A stretch of DNA of 64,000 bases, from the NCBI GenBank assembly GCA_040285825.1, contig JAUPSS010000002.1:1302001-1366000 (forward strand), read 5' to 3'. The DNA comes from Eukaryota sp. TZLM1-RC. Taxonomy: Eukaryota > Protista > Metamonada: BaSk clade. Below the pieces are notes generated by a model, which worked only from the letters and a program-made list of their open reading frames with translations, did no database searches and was not told the origin of the DNA. The position numbers were made by a program, and so were the translations under genes. The number at the start of each line of letters is the position of its first letter. The first letter of the stretch is position 1. Shown here one piece after another: positions 1 through 12,374 of the stretch.

Positions 1-239
1 TGGTTCACTTGCACCAACTGCTTTACGTTTTTTTGGATGATTTTGAAATGATTGTAAAAAGAAGAACTGGCAGAAATTTCAACAGATTGTTTTGGCAAAA
101 TAGAATTGTGTTTTCTATTTTTAAGGGGATGTTGAAGATGGTTTCTGATGCTTTGCTTTCTCTTGGATCTCACTATGAGAGAGTTGCATCTAGTGTTTTT
201 GTTTTGGGAGAGATGGATTTTTTAGATGTTGATTTATAG
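1..239 (+). mobile_element. 3' end of CRE-like non-LTR retrotransposon, family E (runs off window)
   Basis: FWQNRIVFSIFK C-terminal motif shared with the other REL elements; near-identical to the inverted copy at 19975-20177; start resembles the end of the 42990-43445 copy. Confidence 0.8.
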
Positions 240-269
240 GTTTAGAATAAAATTATATTTAAAAAAAAA

Positions 270-1690
270 AGTTTTTGTATATCTAAATTCATCATTCGGT
301 CAATTTTGTCAGAAATTGAGTTCAACTTTTCAAACAATTTTTTGGTATTTTCATCATTATTTCCTAAAAACGAACCCAAATGACGAATAGCATCAATTGA
401 ATATAATTTGGCTTGAATTTCAATACCATCAACTATTGTGGAAACTGGAGAATTCGATAACAAAACACATTTAAGTAAATTAAGTCGGAGATCACTTTTG
501 GTAAATAATTCTTTGAAACATACAGTTGCTTGTTTCACAATATTTAAATCTCCAATAAGCACAACATCATCCATATATGTAATCATTTTTAGTGAAGGAA
601 ACATCTCTTGAATTTGCAATAAAATAGGATGAATGGCCAAACAAAACAAAAGAGGTCCTAACGGAACTCCTTGCTTAACACCACTTGATGAACTCAAAAT
701 GCTATCACCAAAATGTAAATTAGAACATGTGCTATATGTTGATTGAAAATACGGCATTAATTCTGGCATACATTGCAATAGAGCACCATAGATACTGCGA
801 CGACTGAGTGAATTGAATGCATTACTAAAATCCAATGACATACAAACATTGGATTCATTTTGGCGAAATAATACATCAGTAGCAAATATCGCTGAAGAGA
901 CTCCATCAGTGGTATTAATTCCATATCGAAAGGGTAATAAAATCTTTTTTGCTTTCTCATTGAACCTGCTCAAGCAACACGCAGAAAAAATATTTTGTAA
1001 GCTCTCAGAGACTGCAATAGGTCGAACATCCATTTTTGAATTTTTGACAAGTGCAGTCAAACGAGAACTTCTTAATTCTTCTGGATATTTGAGTTGACCA
1101 TTCAATATTTTGTTGAAAAATTTGGTTAATAAACCAAGACAATCCTCTGAAGAAATAATTGCGGCTTTTACATGATCGATAGTAATACCAGAAAGTCCGG
1201 CAGACTTACCGCGTGGTCTTTTCTTTATCACCGAAAATACTTCTGATGCCATTAATGGAAAATTTTCCCAGTAAGTCCCGTAAAAATTGTGATCCATTAT
1301 AGGGTCTTCCAAAGGATGAAGTATTAAGTTTATCTACTGTATTTTCATTGTTGGGTGCTTTAACTCCAGGACTTAAAACTGACAAAGCCTTGGACCATTT
1401 GTTGTCAAAGCATTTGTCTTCAAAAATTTTACTTAATTTCTCAGATGACTGTTTTCTCGGTGCTATATTAGTTAAATCTTCGGCATTATTTACGAAATTT
1501 TGTTCAAAAGGAGGACAAAAAGAACCAAAAAATGCCCAAAGAATATTGATAGCATACTTTCCTTTACATAATTGATCCAAAAATCTTTTAAAAACGAAAG
1601 CAAATTCCTTGCATTTTGACGCATGAATATCTTGAGGTATTTTTATGGGAGGATGGTAGTTATCAACTATGCGTCGTTTCAAGCATCGAT
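270..1690 (-). mobile_element. CRE-like non-LTR retrotransposon family A, truncated and frameshifted (N-terminus + RT)
   Basis: ORFs 1206-1682 and 242-1312 match the 48879-50543 protein; RPIAVSE, GVKQGVPLGPLLF, YMDD motifs. Confidence 0.92.
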
Positions 1691-1724
1691 GTCCAAGTGA
1701 TGTCCAAGCTGTATAAGATTAAAT

Positions 1725-4400
1725 TTTATTTTCTACGAAGAATCAAATCAAAACAAAACAAACTACAACACATAAGAAACAAAATTCTCCACGCCAACTC
1801 TTGATGAATCCTTTTACCGCTTGGACAACATTAAACTCAAGTACTTGGGAACACTTCTGTACAAAGCGAAAATGATACGATTCTTCCATAAATTCCCTGC
1901 AAAATTCTTACCACTTGAACGACATAAATTACCAAAATCATTGATAAAATTCAAGGCAGACTGTCCAATGTTGCCAAAAATCGAAAAGGCAAAAGGAACA
2001 AACGAAAACTTCGAGTAAAGATTCTTATTTAAATCATTTAATATCTCAGTATATTTATCTCTTTTACGATCTTCAGCCTTGTTTAAATGACCATTAGCAC
2101 TAAGTAAAACATCATCACGATAAATAAAAGCAAAGGGATCAACTGTAGTGAAATCAACAACAACTTGAGAGGAATCCACAAAAGGAGCAATTAAATCACC
2201 TCGACGTGAATTAAAAAGATTATCATCACTATAATGCTTCAACAAAGGTTCTACTCTGCAACTGAAATTGTAACACTTGAACATCTCATATGTCACATCA
2301 CGAACGGCATTATGAAGAACTGACCTATATTGGAGAAATTTCTTACAGCTCACAATATGACGAATATTGGCAGTAGGTTTTTTGTTACAAATACAATAAG
2401 AATTGTCCAAAAGACCACTTGGATAAATCCCTAATCTCAACCGCATGTTTTGTTTCCAAGCTTCATTTGTTAAGTGAAGACCAAATGGCCTTGGTTGCTG
2501 AGATATTAAACTAGTACAGTTCTGAATGTCTGATAAAAAGGCAGCAAAGACGGGATTATTAATCTTAGTCACACTAAGTCGTTTAGAAAAATCCAGGTCT
2601 TCAAAACCAATAAGAACAGACTTCTGTAATTTCACAACAGCAAGATGAAGGTTGGTGAAAGATCTCGAAGGTACAGCAGGCAAACTTGAAGGAAAACTCC
2701 AATTCCAAATATCAACAGGTAGTTCTTGCACCATTTTTTCAAGAGAAATTAATAAAGGATGTGATTCATTTAAAGGAATATGATCAAAACGAAGTTTCCA
2801 TTCAAAAAGAAAATTTTTCATACCACCAATAAAAGCACTTTTGCATAAATACTCTGCTTTTGAAAAACCAACTCCACCAAATTTAGGACTAAAAAATGCA
2901 TGATAAGGAATTTTAGATGGACAAACTTCTACTAAATTTCCAAAGAAATTTGTTCTCAAAGTATTGAATTGACGTGCAAAATCATGAGAAATTGTGGGAG
3001 ATAAAGAACGAAGAAGATGATTAATTGTTGATCCAAAACACACATTTAGGACCGAAAACGCTAAATGTTTGTCAATTTCTAAATCTTGAAAAGCCAAAAG
3101 TTGCTCTTCGATTTTTTCCAAAATACCTGACAAAATCGATTTAACTTCTTCACTATTTCCAAAATAAGATCCAAGAAACCGAATAGCATCTTCCTCGTAA
3201 TCAACGTATTTGATAAAAGTTTCATTAAATGCCACCTCCGCATGCTGATTACCAATAATGAAACACTTGGGCAATTTAATGTCTAACCCTATTTGTTTGG
3301 CCAGAAAAACAAAATGTTGTAAACCGTGTTGTAAAAGAGTCAAAGGGCCAATAAGTGATAAATCATCTGCATAAGCACATATATGAATGTCAGAAAAATC
3401 CGACTTAAATTTTACCAAAACTGATTGCAGTGCTAAGCAAAAAAAATGGACCCAATGGATCCCCTTGTTTGACGCCTCTTGACGAAACAATATTCTCAGA
3501 ATGAAAAATTAAGTTAGAGGGTGATCCATACATCAATTTAAAATACGGCAAAAGTGGAGGATAATGTAGTTCAAGTTCTTGCAAAATACTAGAGCGAAAA
3601 ACCGAGTTGAAGGCATTTTTAAAATCAATGTTCAATAAATAATTTTCGCCTTTTTGATTGAAAAGTAAATCTGTACACAACGCAGCACAAGTTGTGCCAT
3701 CAGGAATTCCGATAGCAAACTGATAAGGACGAAAAAAATTAATTGCGGATGACTTAACTCTTTTAAAAGAAATAATTGCTAATAATCTCATTATGGACTC
3801 ACCAACAGCAATAGGTCTGACACCACCTCCAGGCTTACTTGAAGCAACTAAACGAGATGCCGTTAACGCTTGTGGTAACTTGAAACGTCCCATGATAACA
3901 CTATTAAAAAAGAAAACTAAATCATCCACGATTTCTGGACATATATTAACGGCTGACTTCAAATGATCATAACTAAGTCCAGAAGGCCCAGCAGAACGAC
4001 CAGACGGAAGTCCTTTAATAGCTACACTAACTTCATCACAAGTAATATGATTAGCAGTGAAGAAAACACGTTCATTATCAGAGACAATGTGATTTATGGT
4101 GAAGTCTTCAGGTGGATGAAGAGAATTTAAAGAATCCAAAGTTTCATCATTGAAGGCAGCAGGAGAAGAACCAGCCAATAATTTAAGAGCTGAAGAGTAT
4201 TGTGAACGAAGAATCAAAGACTCAAATACGTTTTTTGACATTTTTAGATTGTTGAACCGACCTCTTATATTTAGATTTCTTGTGTGAAGACATAGCCTTA
4301 GAAAGAAAGAAAATTCCAAAAAATTGAAGGATTCCAAATGCCCTTTCGAAGAGAGAAGGTTAAAGATCAATAACAATAATTTTTCAATAACAATAAATAA
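1725..4400 (-). mobile_element. CRE-like non-LTR retrotransposon family B (RT + CCHC + REL), 5'-truncated, one frameshift
   Basis: RPIAVGE, DFKNAFNS, GVKQGDPLGP, YADD; CIC..HIVSC, LHNAVRD, RRGDL, VDFT, KRDKY; frameshift at an A7 run near 3440. Confidence 0.93.
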
Positions 4401-4407
4401 TACAAAC

Positions 4408-5085
4408 AATAATTCTTATTGTATTTGTAACAAAAAACCTACTGCCAATTTTCGTCATATGGTGAGCTGTAAGAAATTTCTCCAATATAGGTCAGTTCTT
4501 CATAATGCCGTTCGTGATGTGACATATGAGATGTTCAAGTGTTACAATTTTAGTTGCAAAGTAGAACCTTTGTTGAAGCATTATAGTGATGATAATCTTT
4601 TTAATTCACGTCGAGGTGATTTAATTGCTCCTTTTGTGGGTTCCTCTCAAGTTGTTGTTGATTTCACTACAGTTGATCCCTTTGCTTTTGTTTATCGCGA
4701 TGATGTTTTACTTAGTACTAATGGTCATTTAAACAAGGCTGAAGATCGTAAGAGAGATAAATATACTGAGATATTAAATGATTTAAATAAGAACCTTTAT
4801 TCGAAGTTTTCGTTTGTTCCTTTTGCCTTTTCGATTTTTGGCAACATTGGACAATCCGCCTTGAATTTCATCAATGATTTTGGTAATTTATGTCGTTCAA
4901 GTGGTAAGAATTTTGCAGAGAATTTATGGAAAAATCGTATCATTTTCGCTTTGTACAGAAGTGTTCCCAAGTACTTGAGTTTAATGATGTCTAAACTTTA
5001 TAAGGATTCATCAAGAGTTGGCGTGGAGAATTTAGTTTCTTATGTGTTTTAGTTTGTTTTGTTTTTATTTGATTCTTTATATAAA
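4408..5085 (+). mobile_element. 3' fragment (REL domain + 3' UTR) of family B, head-to-head with the previous copy
   Basis: C-terminal ~200 aa of ORF 4324-5052 nearly identical to the C-terminus of ORF 1814-3490. Confidence 0.9.
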
Positions 5086-5090
5086 TGGTT

Positions 5091-5487
5091 TAATAATATA
5101 ATATAATATAATATAATATAATATAATATAATATAATATAATATAATATAATATAATATAATATAATATAATATAATATAATATAATATAATATAATATA
5201 ATATAATATAATATAATATAATATAATATAATATAATATAATATAATATAATATAATATAATATAATATAATATAATATAATATAATATAATATAATATA
5301 ATATAATATAATATAATATAATATAATATAATATAATATAATATAATATAATATAATATAATATAATATAATATAATATAATATAATATAATATAATATA
5401 ATATAATATAATATAATATAATATAATATAATATAATATAATATAATATAATATAATATAATATGATATAATATAATATAATATAAT
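5091..5487. repeat. (TAATA)n pentanucleotide array, ~79 units
   Basis: Directly visible; one variant unit near 5465. Confidence 0.99.
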
Positions 5488-5868
5488 GAAACTTTATTCG
5501 TTCCTTCTGGATGAACCTATCATTATTGGTCAAGAACTTTTTCGTTTCTTCTGTTTAATAATAGTCGGTGTTTGTATTAATTATTTTCAATAAAAATTGG
5601 TTTAGCTTCATTCTGTTATTTATCTTCAGCAATATTTACACGATTTTTATTTATTGAAACTTAAATTAAATAATTTAAACTCAAATCAAAAAACACTTCA
5701 TTGCTAGTTGGTGTAAACATTTTAAAGAAGTTTGCATCTTTCTAGTAGAAACTTTCTGTCTGTCTCAATGAGAGAGCAATCGTTACATAATAAACATTCT
5801 AAAATACACTATTATACAGGAATAACTCACCAATAAATGATTAAAAACAAAAAAAAACTAATAAACAA

Positions 5869-8127
5869 TTAGGAATTCAGCAAATAATCAATATATCTTC
5901 GTTGAACATCAACCTCAGCCAAAGACAAATCCTGTAGCTTACGTGATGGAAAACACTTGACCAACTTATCTATTGTAAATCCTGGGCTCGAGGGTCTACT
6001 TGAAACGGATTGCAATCGGGAAGCAGTTAATAACTGGGTGTCTCGGAAAGGTGCATAACCTCGACTATTGACTCTCTTCTGTCTCTCATATCGCCTTGTT
6101 TTCGAATTTGATATCCATTTTCTAAAACATTTCATCTTCAATCTACCCCTGTACCTTTCAGAAGTCATTAATAATGCCTTTTTTTCCATAAAATATGTTT
6201 TGGTTGAACTGAGGAAGAATAGTGCTCCTTGTCTAGAGGTTTGCCGTCTGCATTGGGTCATATACGACTTAAATTGAGGTGATTTGATTGAAAGGGATTC
6301 AAATGACTCATAACCAAACCAATCAGGTAGTAATAAACCCTTCTCCATGTAAAAATTGGCTTTGGACAGATAAAACGCATTAGCCTTTCGACAATTGAAA
6401 TGAGCTCTTCTCCAGTTTGTAAAATTTTTAAAAACTAAATTTTCATCAAAATGACACTGAGCTAGCTGATTCCAATTAAATATCAAATGCCGTCTAAACC
6501 ACGTGGAAAAAACATCTCTTTTCAAAACAAATTCAAAATAATCATTTGAAACTTTGTCAAGTCTAGATCTCTGACGGGAATTGGCCAACTTATTTGAAAG
6601 TGAATGCCAAAAGATAAATAACTTCCTTAAACTAATTACCTGGTTGGTTTTATTTAGATAAACATCAAAGTACTTCCGTAATAACAAAGACTTATTTTGG
6701 AACTTACAAAGCTTATAACAATTCAAAACAGAAACCGATTTTCTCCATAAAGAAAACCGTAATCGTAATTGTAAAGTTTTAAACTCGCTTAATTTGTGAC
6801 TTAAATAAGAAAAAAAGTACCAAAAAGAAAGAGATCTTTGTAAAAGAGATTTAGTGTAAACTTGGCAATAGACCTCTTCATATAATCCTTGACGATAGTG
6901 GAAGAATTTAAACATTTGTTGTAGGTAACCCCTTTTCAAAACGATTGATTGATGATGGATGGCAGTTTTTAACTGATTGTCGTAGTAACGATGTAAAGAT
7001 TTCCGAATAAATTGAAAAAATGCAGAATAATACAACAACGAGCCTGAAAAGCTCAATTGTTTCAGTAGATGAGCTCTTCTCCAAAATTTAAAGTGGTTAA
7101 CAACCAGAATAACTGACGAATACAAAGTTCCATCATCTGGATTCTCTCCAAAATTATGACAAAATCGAAAATTTAAATATTCCGCTAACCCCACTACTTG
7201 ACGTGATCCACAGTCAGAAAAGTTAAGCTTTGTTCTTAACGCTAAAGCCAAAGAATTTCGTTCACTTTTAACAGATGAGACATCTACATGTGGAGGACAA
7301 TACATAACAGAATTAAAAAGAGATTTTCTTATCAAAATTTGTTTTTTAAACCTTCTAGTCCAAACCTGAAAGGAAAACCGAATCAGCTTGCAACTTTGAC
7401 TGCTTGAAAAGTTCAAATGCAGCTCATTTAAGTGTTGTAATTTCTTAGTTGTATTTATCCAAATTTTGAAATGAAGAGAAACGTCACAGCTTCTAATTGT
7501 TGTAAACAAGTGAGAAAAATCTGGTGGGTTAGATAGGCTTTTCAAAATAATAAAATACTTCTTCATAAGTAACTCGGCTCGTAATAAATTAATTTGAAAT
7601 AAAATCATTTTTAAAAACTTTGAATAACCTAAATATCCAGAAAGCAAATCAATAACTAGCTTTTGTCTTCGTTTTTTGATTAAATGATGTTGTACATGAT
7701 CTGCCACCCCACTAGTGTGGTTACGGGTTTGTAACCTAACCCCGGTCATCCAAATGGATCTTCTTTGCTTTCTGGCCCTGTCTTTGATGAATTTGAGTAT
7801 TTGTTGTTTGTGATGATTAGCTGAAACCAGCAATGACAAGGTAGAAGAATTAGCGGAGGCAGAAAGGTCATGAATGTCTTCTGTTGGTGATAGATTAGGT
7901 TTGGCAGGTGATGGACGGGATGGTGGTGTGGATGGTAAAGGTCGACGTGGAACACGTTGAGTGCCATAAAGGACTGATGGAGGAGCAGCATGAAGGATCT
8001 TCATTGCCCTAATTTTGGCAGAGACTAGTGAACTATTTCCAGGGAGCAATTCCGTGTCGATTGCCCCATATGGTGCCGAAGAAGGCACAGGGGGTGACGA
8101 TCGTGATTCAGGAATTGGTGAGACCAT
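5869..8127 (-). CDS. SFI1-like (centrin-binding repeat) protein, 752 aa
   Basis: Long intact ORF with recurring L/F-x-x-W helical repeats (HFKIW, FQVW, FKFW, FSLW, FSTW, FTNW, FRKW) and Pro/Ser-rich N-terminus; family call tentative. Confidence 0.6.
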   Translation of the reverse strand: MVSPIPESRSSPPVPSSAPYGAIDTELLPGNSSLVSAKIRAMKILHAAPPSVLYGTQRVPRRPLPSTPPSRPSPAKPNLSPTEDIHDLSASANSSTLSLLVSANHHKQQILKFIKDRARKQRRSIWMTGVRLQTRNHTSGVADHVQHHLIKKRRQKLVIDLLSGYLGYSKFLKMILFQINLLRAELLMKKYFIILKSLSNPPDFSHLFTTIRSCDVSLHFKIWINTTKKLQHLNELHLNFSSSQSCKLIRFSFQVWTRRFKKQILIRKSLFNSVMYCPPHVDVSSVKSERNSLALALRTKLNFSDCGSRQVVGLAEYLNFRFCHNFGENPDDGTLYSSVILVVNHFKFWRRAHLLKQLSFSGSLLYYSAFFQFIRKSLHRYYDNQLKTAIHHQSIVLKRGYLQQMFKFFHYRQGLYEEVYCQVYTKSLLQRSLSFWYFFSYLSHKLSEFKTLQLRLRFSLWRKSVSVLNCYKLCKFQNKSLLLRKYFDVYLNKTNQVISLRKLFIFWHSLSNKLANSRQRSRLDKVSNDYFEFVLKRDVFSTWFRRHLIFNWNQLAQCHFDENLVFKNFTNWRRAHFNCRKANAFYLSKANFYMEKGLLLPDWFGYESFESLSIKSPQFKSYMTQCRRQTSRQGALFFLSSTKTYFMEKKALLMTSERYRGRLKMKCFRKWISNSKTRRYERQKRVNSRGYAPFRDTQLLTASRLQSVSSRPSSPGFTIDKLVKCFPSRKLQDLSLAEVDVQRRYIDYLLNS

Positions 8128-8194
8128 TCTTACGGTATATAATGGTAGAGATATTGTGTTTTGGGAAAGATTTTGAAATCAACAAAAATCATGA

Positions 8195-8364
8195 ATTAGT
8201 GTTTTGATCATCGTTTGTGGTTAAATCGTATTGTTTTAACTATTTTCAAATCAATTCCTAAAATGATTTCAAAAGCTTTGATGTCTGTCCGTGCACATTA
8301 CGAAGACATTTCTGTTGTACGGTTTGATGGTGTGGAAGCTTGTTTTGAAGAAATTGATTTTTAG
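8195..8364 (+). mobile_element. 3' remnant of CRE-like element (D-like family)
   Basis: Translates LWLNRIVLTIFKSIPKMISKAL...ACFEEIDF*, homologous to the C-termini at 24335-24703 and 28124-29347. Confidence 0.8.
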
Positions 8365-9009
8365 TTTGTAGTTTTAAAAATAGATAAGAAAATAGTTTAA
8401 AAAACAAAAATCATTTTTTTGTTCCATTATTGAAAAATGAAGCAAGGAAAGTTGTTTGGAAACAATATTGAAGTGGCCATTATGTAGCCGCAAAGCAGTC
8501 CTGCTGTTCATCTTCTTTAGCAAATGCAAATTCTGAAACACTTGAAGAACTTCAAAGATTGCATCCTCCTGAAGGTTAGTTTTGTTTGAAGTCCATAATA
8601 GTTTTTCAAATCTTTTAGTTTCGCAAGTTTCAGTTTCTATACCCTTATGAGTTAACATGGGTGTTAAAAAACGGACCAATAGAATATGTATGTACTAAAA
8701 CCCAATGAAAAATACCTTCACCAAAGACCAAATAGTTGACATCAGGTTTTTCTGAGCTGAACAGCCCTTGTGATCTAGGGGTTTTGATTGGAGTCCTTAC
8801 AAAGTGGTAATCCCACCTTCTGTCAAGTTTGATGAAGAAAGGAAAAAAGTGAGTAAATGTTTACAGCATTCACAACGATAAGAAATAAAATTATATTTCT
8901 GCTTTGGAGAAATTGGTCAAAAAAGAAATAGAAATGAATTTTAAGAAATAAAGAAAAATTTGATTTAATTTGTCCCATTCCAGAATCAACTGATCTACCC
9001 TATTTTAAC

Positions 9010-10269
9010 ATGTCTGACTTTGAAGACGACCATGTTAGCAGTGTTGTCGCTCATTATACAGCCAGAGCCACTCAAAATGATGCAGGACGTGTTAATACTC
9101 GGTCTCTTGCTGTTCGCCGGTTCAATAATTGGGTTAAATTTGTTACCATTTCAGAAGCTATAAACACTATAAAAGGTCGAAGAAAGTTTATCAATCCTGA
9201 TATTTTGGACTACTGTGGAGGAATGGGTGGTGACTTAATGAAGTGGACTCGTGCACGTGCTAGAAGTTATGTACTGGTTGATGTTGTAGAAAGTTCTGTT
9301 CGTGAGGCTCTTGGACGAAGAAGACGGCAAGAGACAAAGCATAGTCTCTATGCTAAGCGACAAAAACAAAGTTTTATGGAACCCTCTGCTTTTGTGGTTG
9401 CTGACGCTGGTAAGGATTCATTGGATGATGTTCTTCCTCCAGATTGTTGGTTTGACATTGTTTCTTGTCAATTTGCGGCTCATTATATGTTTGATTATGA
9501 GCACAGAGCTAAGATGTTCTTTAAAAATGCCTCTTGCAGACTACGTATCGGTGGGATCTTCATAATGACTATTCCCAATGCCAACTATATTGTCAAAAAG
9601 ACAAGAGAGAATTTACAGGATGATCCACATGGCTTTGTCCCACCACCCGCAATGGTGGAACAGGGATTTCCCCCAAATCCTGCCCCCGGATTCGGTTCCA
9701 ATTTGTATGGTGTTGTGTTTCCTGAACACGTGACGTTGAAGAAATATGGTACCCCTTATACTTTTTGGCTCGCAGATGCTATAGACTGCTGTGAAGAGTA
9801 TCTCATCCACGAAAAGGAAATGGAGAACACTGCACAAGACTATGGATTTGAGCTTATTCAAAATCAGCCTTTCACACAACTTCTTGAGAGTCACTACTCT
9901 GCTCCTTCCTTCATTAAGAACAAGCTTCAGGACATGAAAGTGTTTGACACCCATGATGACACTCTTTCTCAGGATGCATGGGAGTTGGCTCACTTTTATA
10001 GTGCTCTTATGTTTAAAAAGGTTAGGAAAACTTCTCCTCATGAGTCAAAAGCTGCCCCCTTTTCCAGCTTGAATCACCTTGGTCTCTATAAGTGTACCAA
10101 CAATAGATTGGAAGAACTTCCTGCTGATATCCAACCAGATGGGACTGCGGCTCCAGTAAATAAAACTTGGGTTTATGAGCTTCAACAATGGGAAATTGGT
10201 CCTCAAGATGACTGGAATCAGAAGTTTGAACCTTCAATACCTGATTTTGATAAGTATTTACCATATTGA
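9010..10269 (+). CDS. RNMT: mRNA cap guanine-N7 methyltransferase (RNMT/Abd1)
   Basis: VVAHY, FNNWVK, ILDYCGGMGGDLMKW, FDIVSCQFAAHY, GGIFIMTIPNA, YTFWLADAIDCCEEYL motifs. Confidence 0.95.
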   Translation: MSDFEDDHVSSVVAHYTARATQNDAGRVNTRSLAVRRFNNWVKFVTISEAINTIKGRRKFINPDILDYCGGMGGDLMKWTRARARSYVLVDVVESSVREALGRRRRQETKHSLYAKRQKQSFMEPSAFVVADAGKDSLDDVLPPDCWFDIVSCQFAAHYMFDYEHRAKMFFKNASCRLRIGGIFIMTIPNANYIVKKTRENLQDDPHGFVPPPAMVEQGFPPNPAPGFGSNLYGVVFPEHVTLKKYGTPYTFWLADAIDCCEEYLIHEKEMENTAQDYGFELIQNQPFTQLLESHYSAPSFIKNKLQDMKVFDTHDDTLSQDAWELAHFYSALMFKKVRKTSPHESKAAPFSSLNHLGLYKCTNNRLEELPADIQPDGTAAPVNKTWVYELQQWEIGPQDDWNQKFEPSIPDFDKYLPY

Positions 10270-10659
10270 TACTGAGAGTCTAAAGTCTTGACCCAGATGG
10301 TCTTTTTTTATTTTTTCCTATATTCTTTTTTTATTTTGTATGCAATTAGCACTTTTTGGAAACAATCGTTGTTGAGACTTTTGTATCCAAATGGGTAGTT
10401 GAATGTGTTTGTGTCTCATGGTGCCACTCTTTCCATGATTAGAATAAAAATATTATTTGTTGTTATTTTGTACATCTCATCATGTAGGTAATCGACATAG
10501 TACAACATTGTTTATATTGAGGAAGGTTGTTTCTACTCTAAACCCTGCTAGGATTTTATGCTTCTCAAACAGTTATGACTGGGTTCAATCAGTGATGAAC
10601 AGTTCAAATAAATCGTTTCGTTGGCGATCCTGGCCACCATTTAAAATATATAATATATA

Positions 10660-10850
10660 TAAGGATTAATGACAATGCAAAGTTCTACTTTTTCTGCATT
10701 AAATGATGAAATTTCTAAAACTGTAGTAGAAAAACGGAGTCAATGCTTTCCCCAATCAGTCAATGGCAATATTCCTGAAAAGAATTTTCTAAATTTGAAG
10801 TACACTCTTCGAACATTACAGAAACGATTGACTGGAATGTATAAAAATGA
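10660..10850 (+). mobile_element. Internal fragment of CRE-like family A
   Basis: SSTFSALNDEISK...LKYTLRTLQKRLTGMY matches ORF 21747-22853. Confidence 0.88.
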
Positions 10851-10854
10851 CCAA

Positions 10855-11439
10855 CGGTGAGGAAAAAATTATGCAAATCGATAACTTTCAGCAACACCAA
10901 ACGATACTGCAAGAAAACAATTTCATCAATCAAATGTTGGGATATTTTGGAACTTTTGTATTGCTCACTGTATCGACTTGTTTATTGAAGACTTGCCAAA
11001 ACATATTGACATGATTAAAGAACTCATGCACAATGGTAAGAATGTCGTCAAATTTATTGCTAATCATGGTCGTGTAATAAATATGTTCCGTTCATTGAGT
11101 GATGTTGAGTTGGCAAGTCCCACAACAACCGGATTTGGTCCAAATATTATCATCTTTAAAAGATTAAATGATTCTTGTACATCAAAACAACAAGATTCAA
11201 GTTTCCGTCCAGGTTATATGATCGATGGTGATTGTGAGGTAGAGTATTAATAGTCATAACTGTTTGTTCGTTGTTTGTTTTTTGCTGAGTCTATTTAAAA
11301 GTTTGATGTAATAAGTTTGTTTGTTTGCTGTTGGACTAGTTAATAGAATAGAGATTGGTTATTAGATATGGTGGTGACATATGGTGACGAGTAAAATCTG
11401 TGTGACGGATCCGTCACAAATACGTCACATGCAACCCTA
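10855..11439 (+). mobile_element. hAT (DUF659-type) transposase remnant with probable right end
   Basis: IFWNFCIAHCIDLFIEDL (CxxH motif), VKFIANH, ELASPTTT; GTGAC-rich subterminal repeats, palindrome TGTGACGGATCCGTCACA (11401-11418), terminus GCAACCCTA (TAGGG.. on the minus strand). Confidence 0.7.
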
Positions 11440-11463
11440 GAACAAATACTTTCTTCCCAACTC

Positions 11464-12282
11464 ATGAACTTTCAACTCAAACCAATTTATTATCCCCCTC
11501 TGAAGAGGCGTCTGTATATAGTGTTGCAGAATGAAAATGGCCCGTGTCCTCTCATAGCTATGATAAATTGTCTCACCTTACAAAACAGAATCTCTTCTGT
11601 GTTTCCAGAAAACAACAACAACTCAATCAGCGAGAGCACCTTGCTCTCTATAATAGGAGACCTCATCGCTAACATCCAAACTACTGATGAGAATACCCAA
11701 GTCAACATGTCAGACGCTCTTTCCTTGATACCTACACTAAGCCAGGGTCTCGACGTTAACCCTATTTTCTCACACATTAAAGCTTTTGAATTCTCGACCT
11801 CACTAACTATATTTGATATACTTGGCTTAGACCTATGTCATGCATGGATAATAGACCCCAATAGAGATGATCTCTCGCCTTATTCGAATTTCAGTTACAA
11901 TGTTGCTGTTGACAAAATTATTAACTCGGATGATATGTATTCATTGGGTGCTTTTTTAGAAGATACGTCTTCACAAATCACAGAATACGGTCTTGAATGT
12001 CTATCTTCTCAGTTGAAAGAGGGTTCGGTTGTTGTTTTCTTCAGAAACAATCATTTCAACACTCTTTTGAAACTAAATGGTAAGCTATACATTCTGCTCT
12101 CGGACATGGGTTTTGCTGACTCTTCCTTTGCTTGGGAATGTCTGGTGTCCGTATCAGGCAACAATGAACTTGTGCAAGCTGATCTGGGTATGGTTGTTGA
12201 AGAGGAAATGCGAATGGTGAGGAGACATGAGCCTTTAACACGCGCTAGTGTTGATGATAATGCATGTTGTGTCATTCTTTAG
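11464..12282 (+). CDS. MINDY-1/2 family deubiquitinase with C-terminal CaaX
   Basis: QNENGPCPLIA, GLDVNP, LCHAWIIDP, FFRNNHFNTL; ends CCVIL. Confidence 0.95.
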   Translation: MNFQLKPIYYPPLKRRLYIVLQNENGPCPLIAMINCLTLQNRISSVFPENNNNSISESTLLSIIGDLIANIQTTDENTQVNMSDALSLIPTLSQGLDVNPIFSHIKAFEFSTSLTIFDILGLDLCHAWIIDPNRDDLSPYSNFSYNVAVDKIINSDDMYSLGAFLEDTSSQITEYGLECLSSQLKEGSVVVFFRNNHFNTLLKLNGKLYILLSDMGFADSSFAWECLVSVSGNNELVQADLGMVVEEEMRMVRRHEPLTRASVDDNACCVIL

Positions 12283-12374
12283 CTTCTTTTGTACATAAAA
12301 CATTCTTAATGGAAATTTCTATTGGTCAATCACATTATAAAAACTAGCAAAAACTAAATACATTAAAAACTAAA

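Noticed and set aside
5090-5533. 147-aa (YIILY)n ORF
   Set aside because: Artefact of the stop-free strand of the TAATA array
12265-12282. CaaX box on MINDY as a novelty
   Set aside because: A C-terminal CaaX is already known in MINDY1/2
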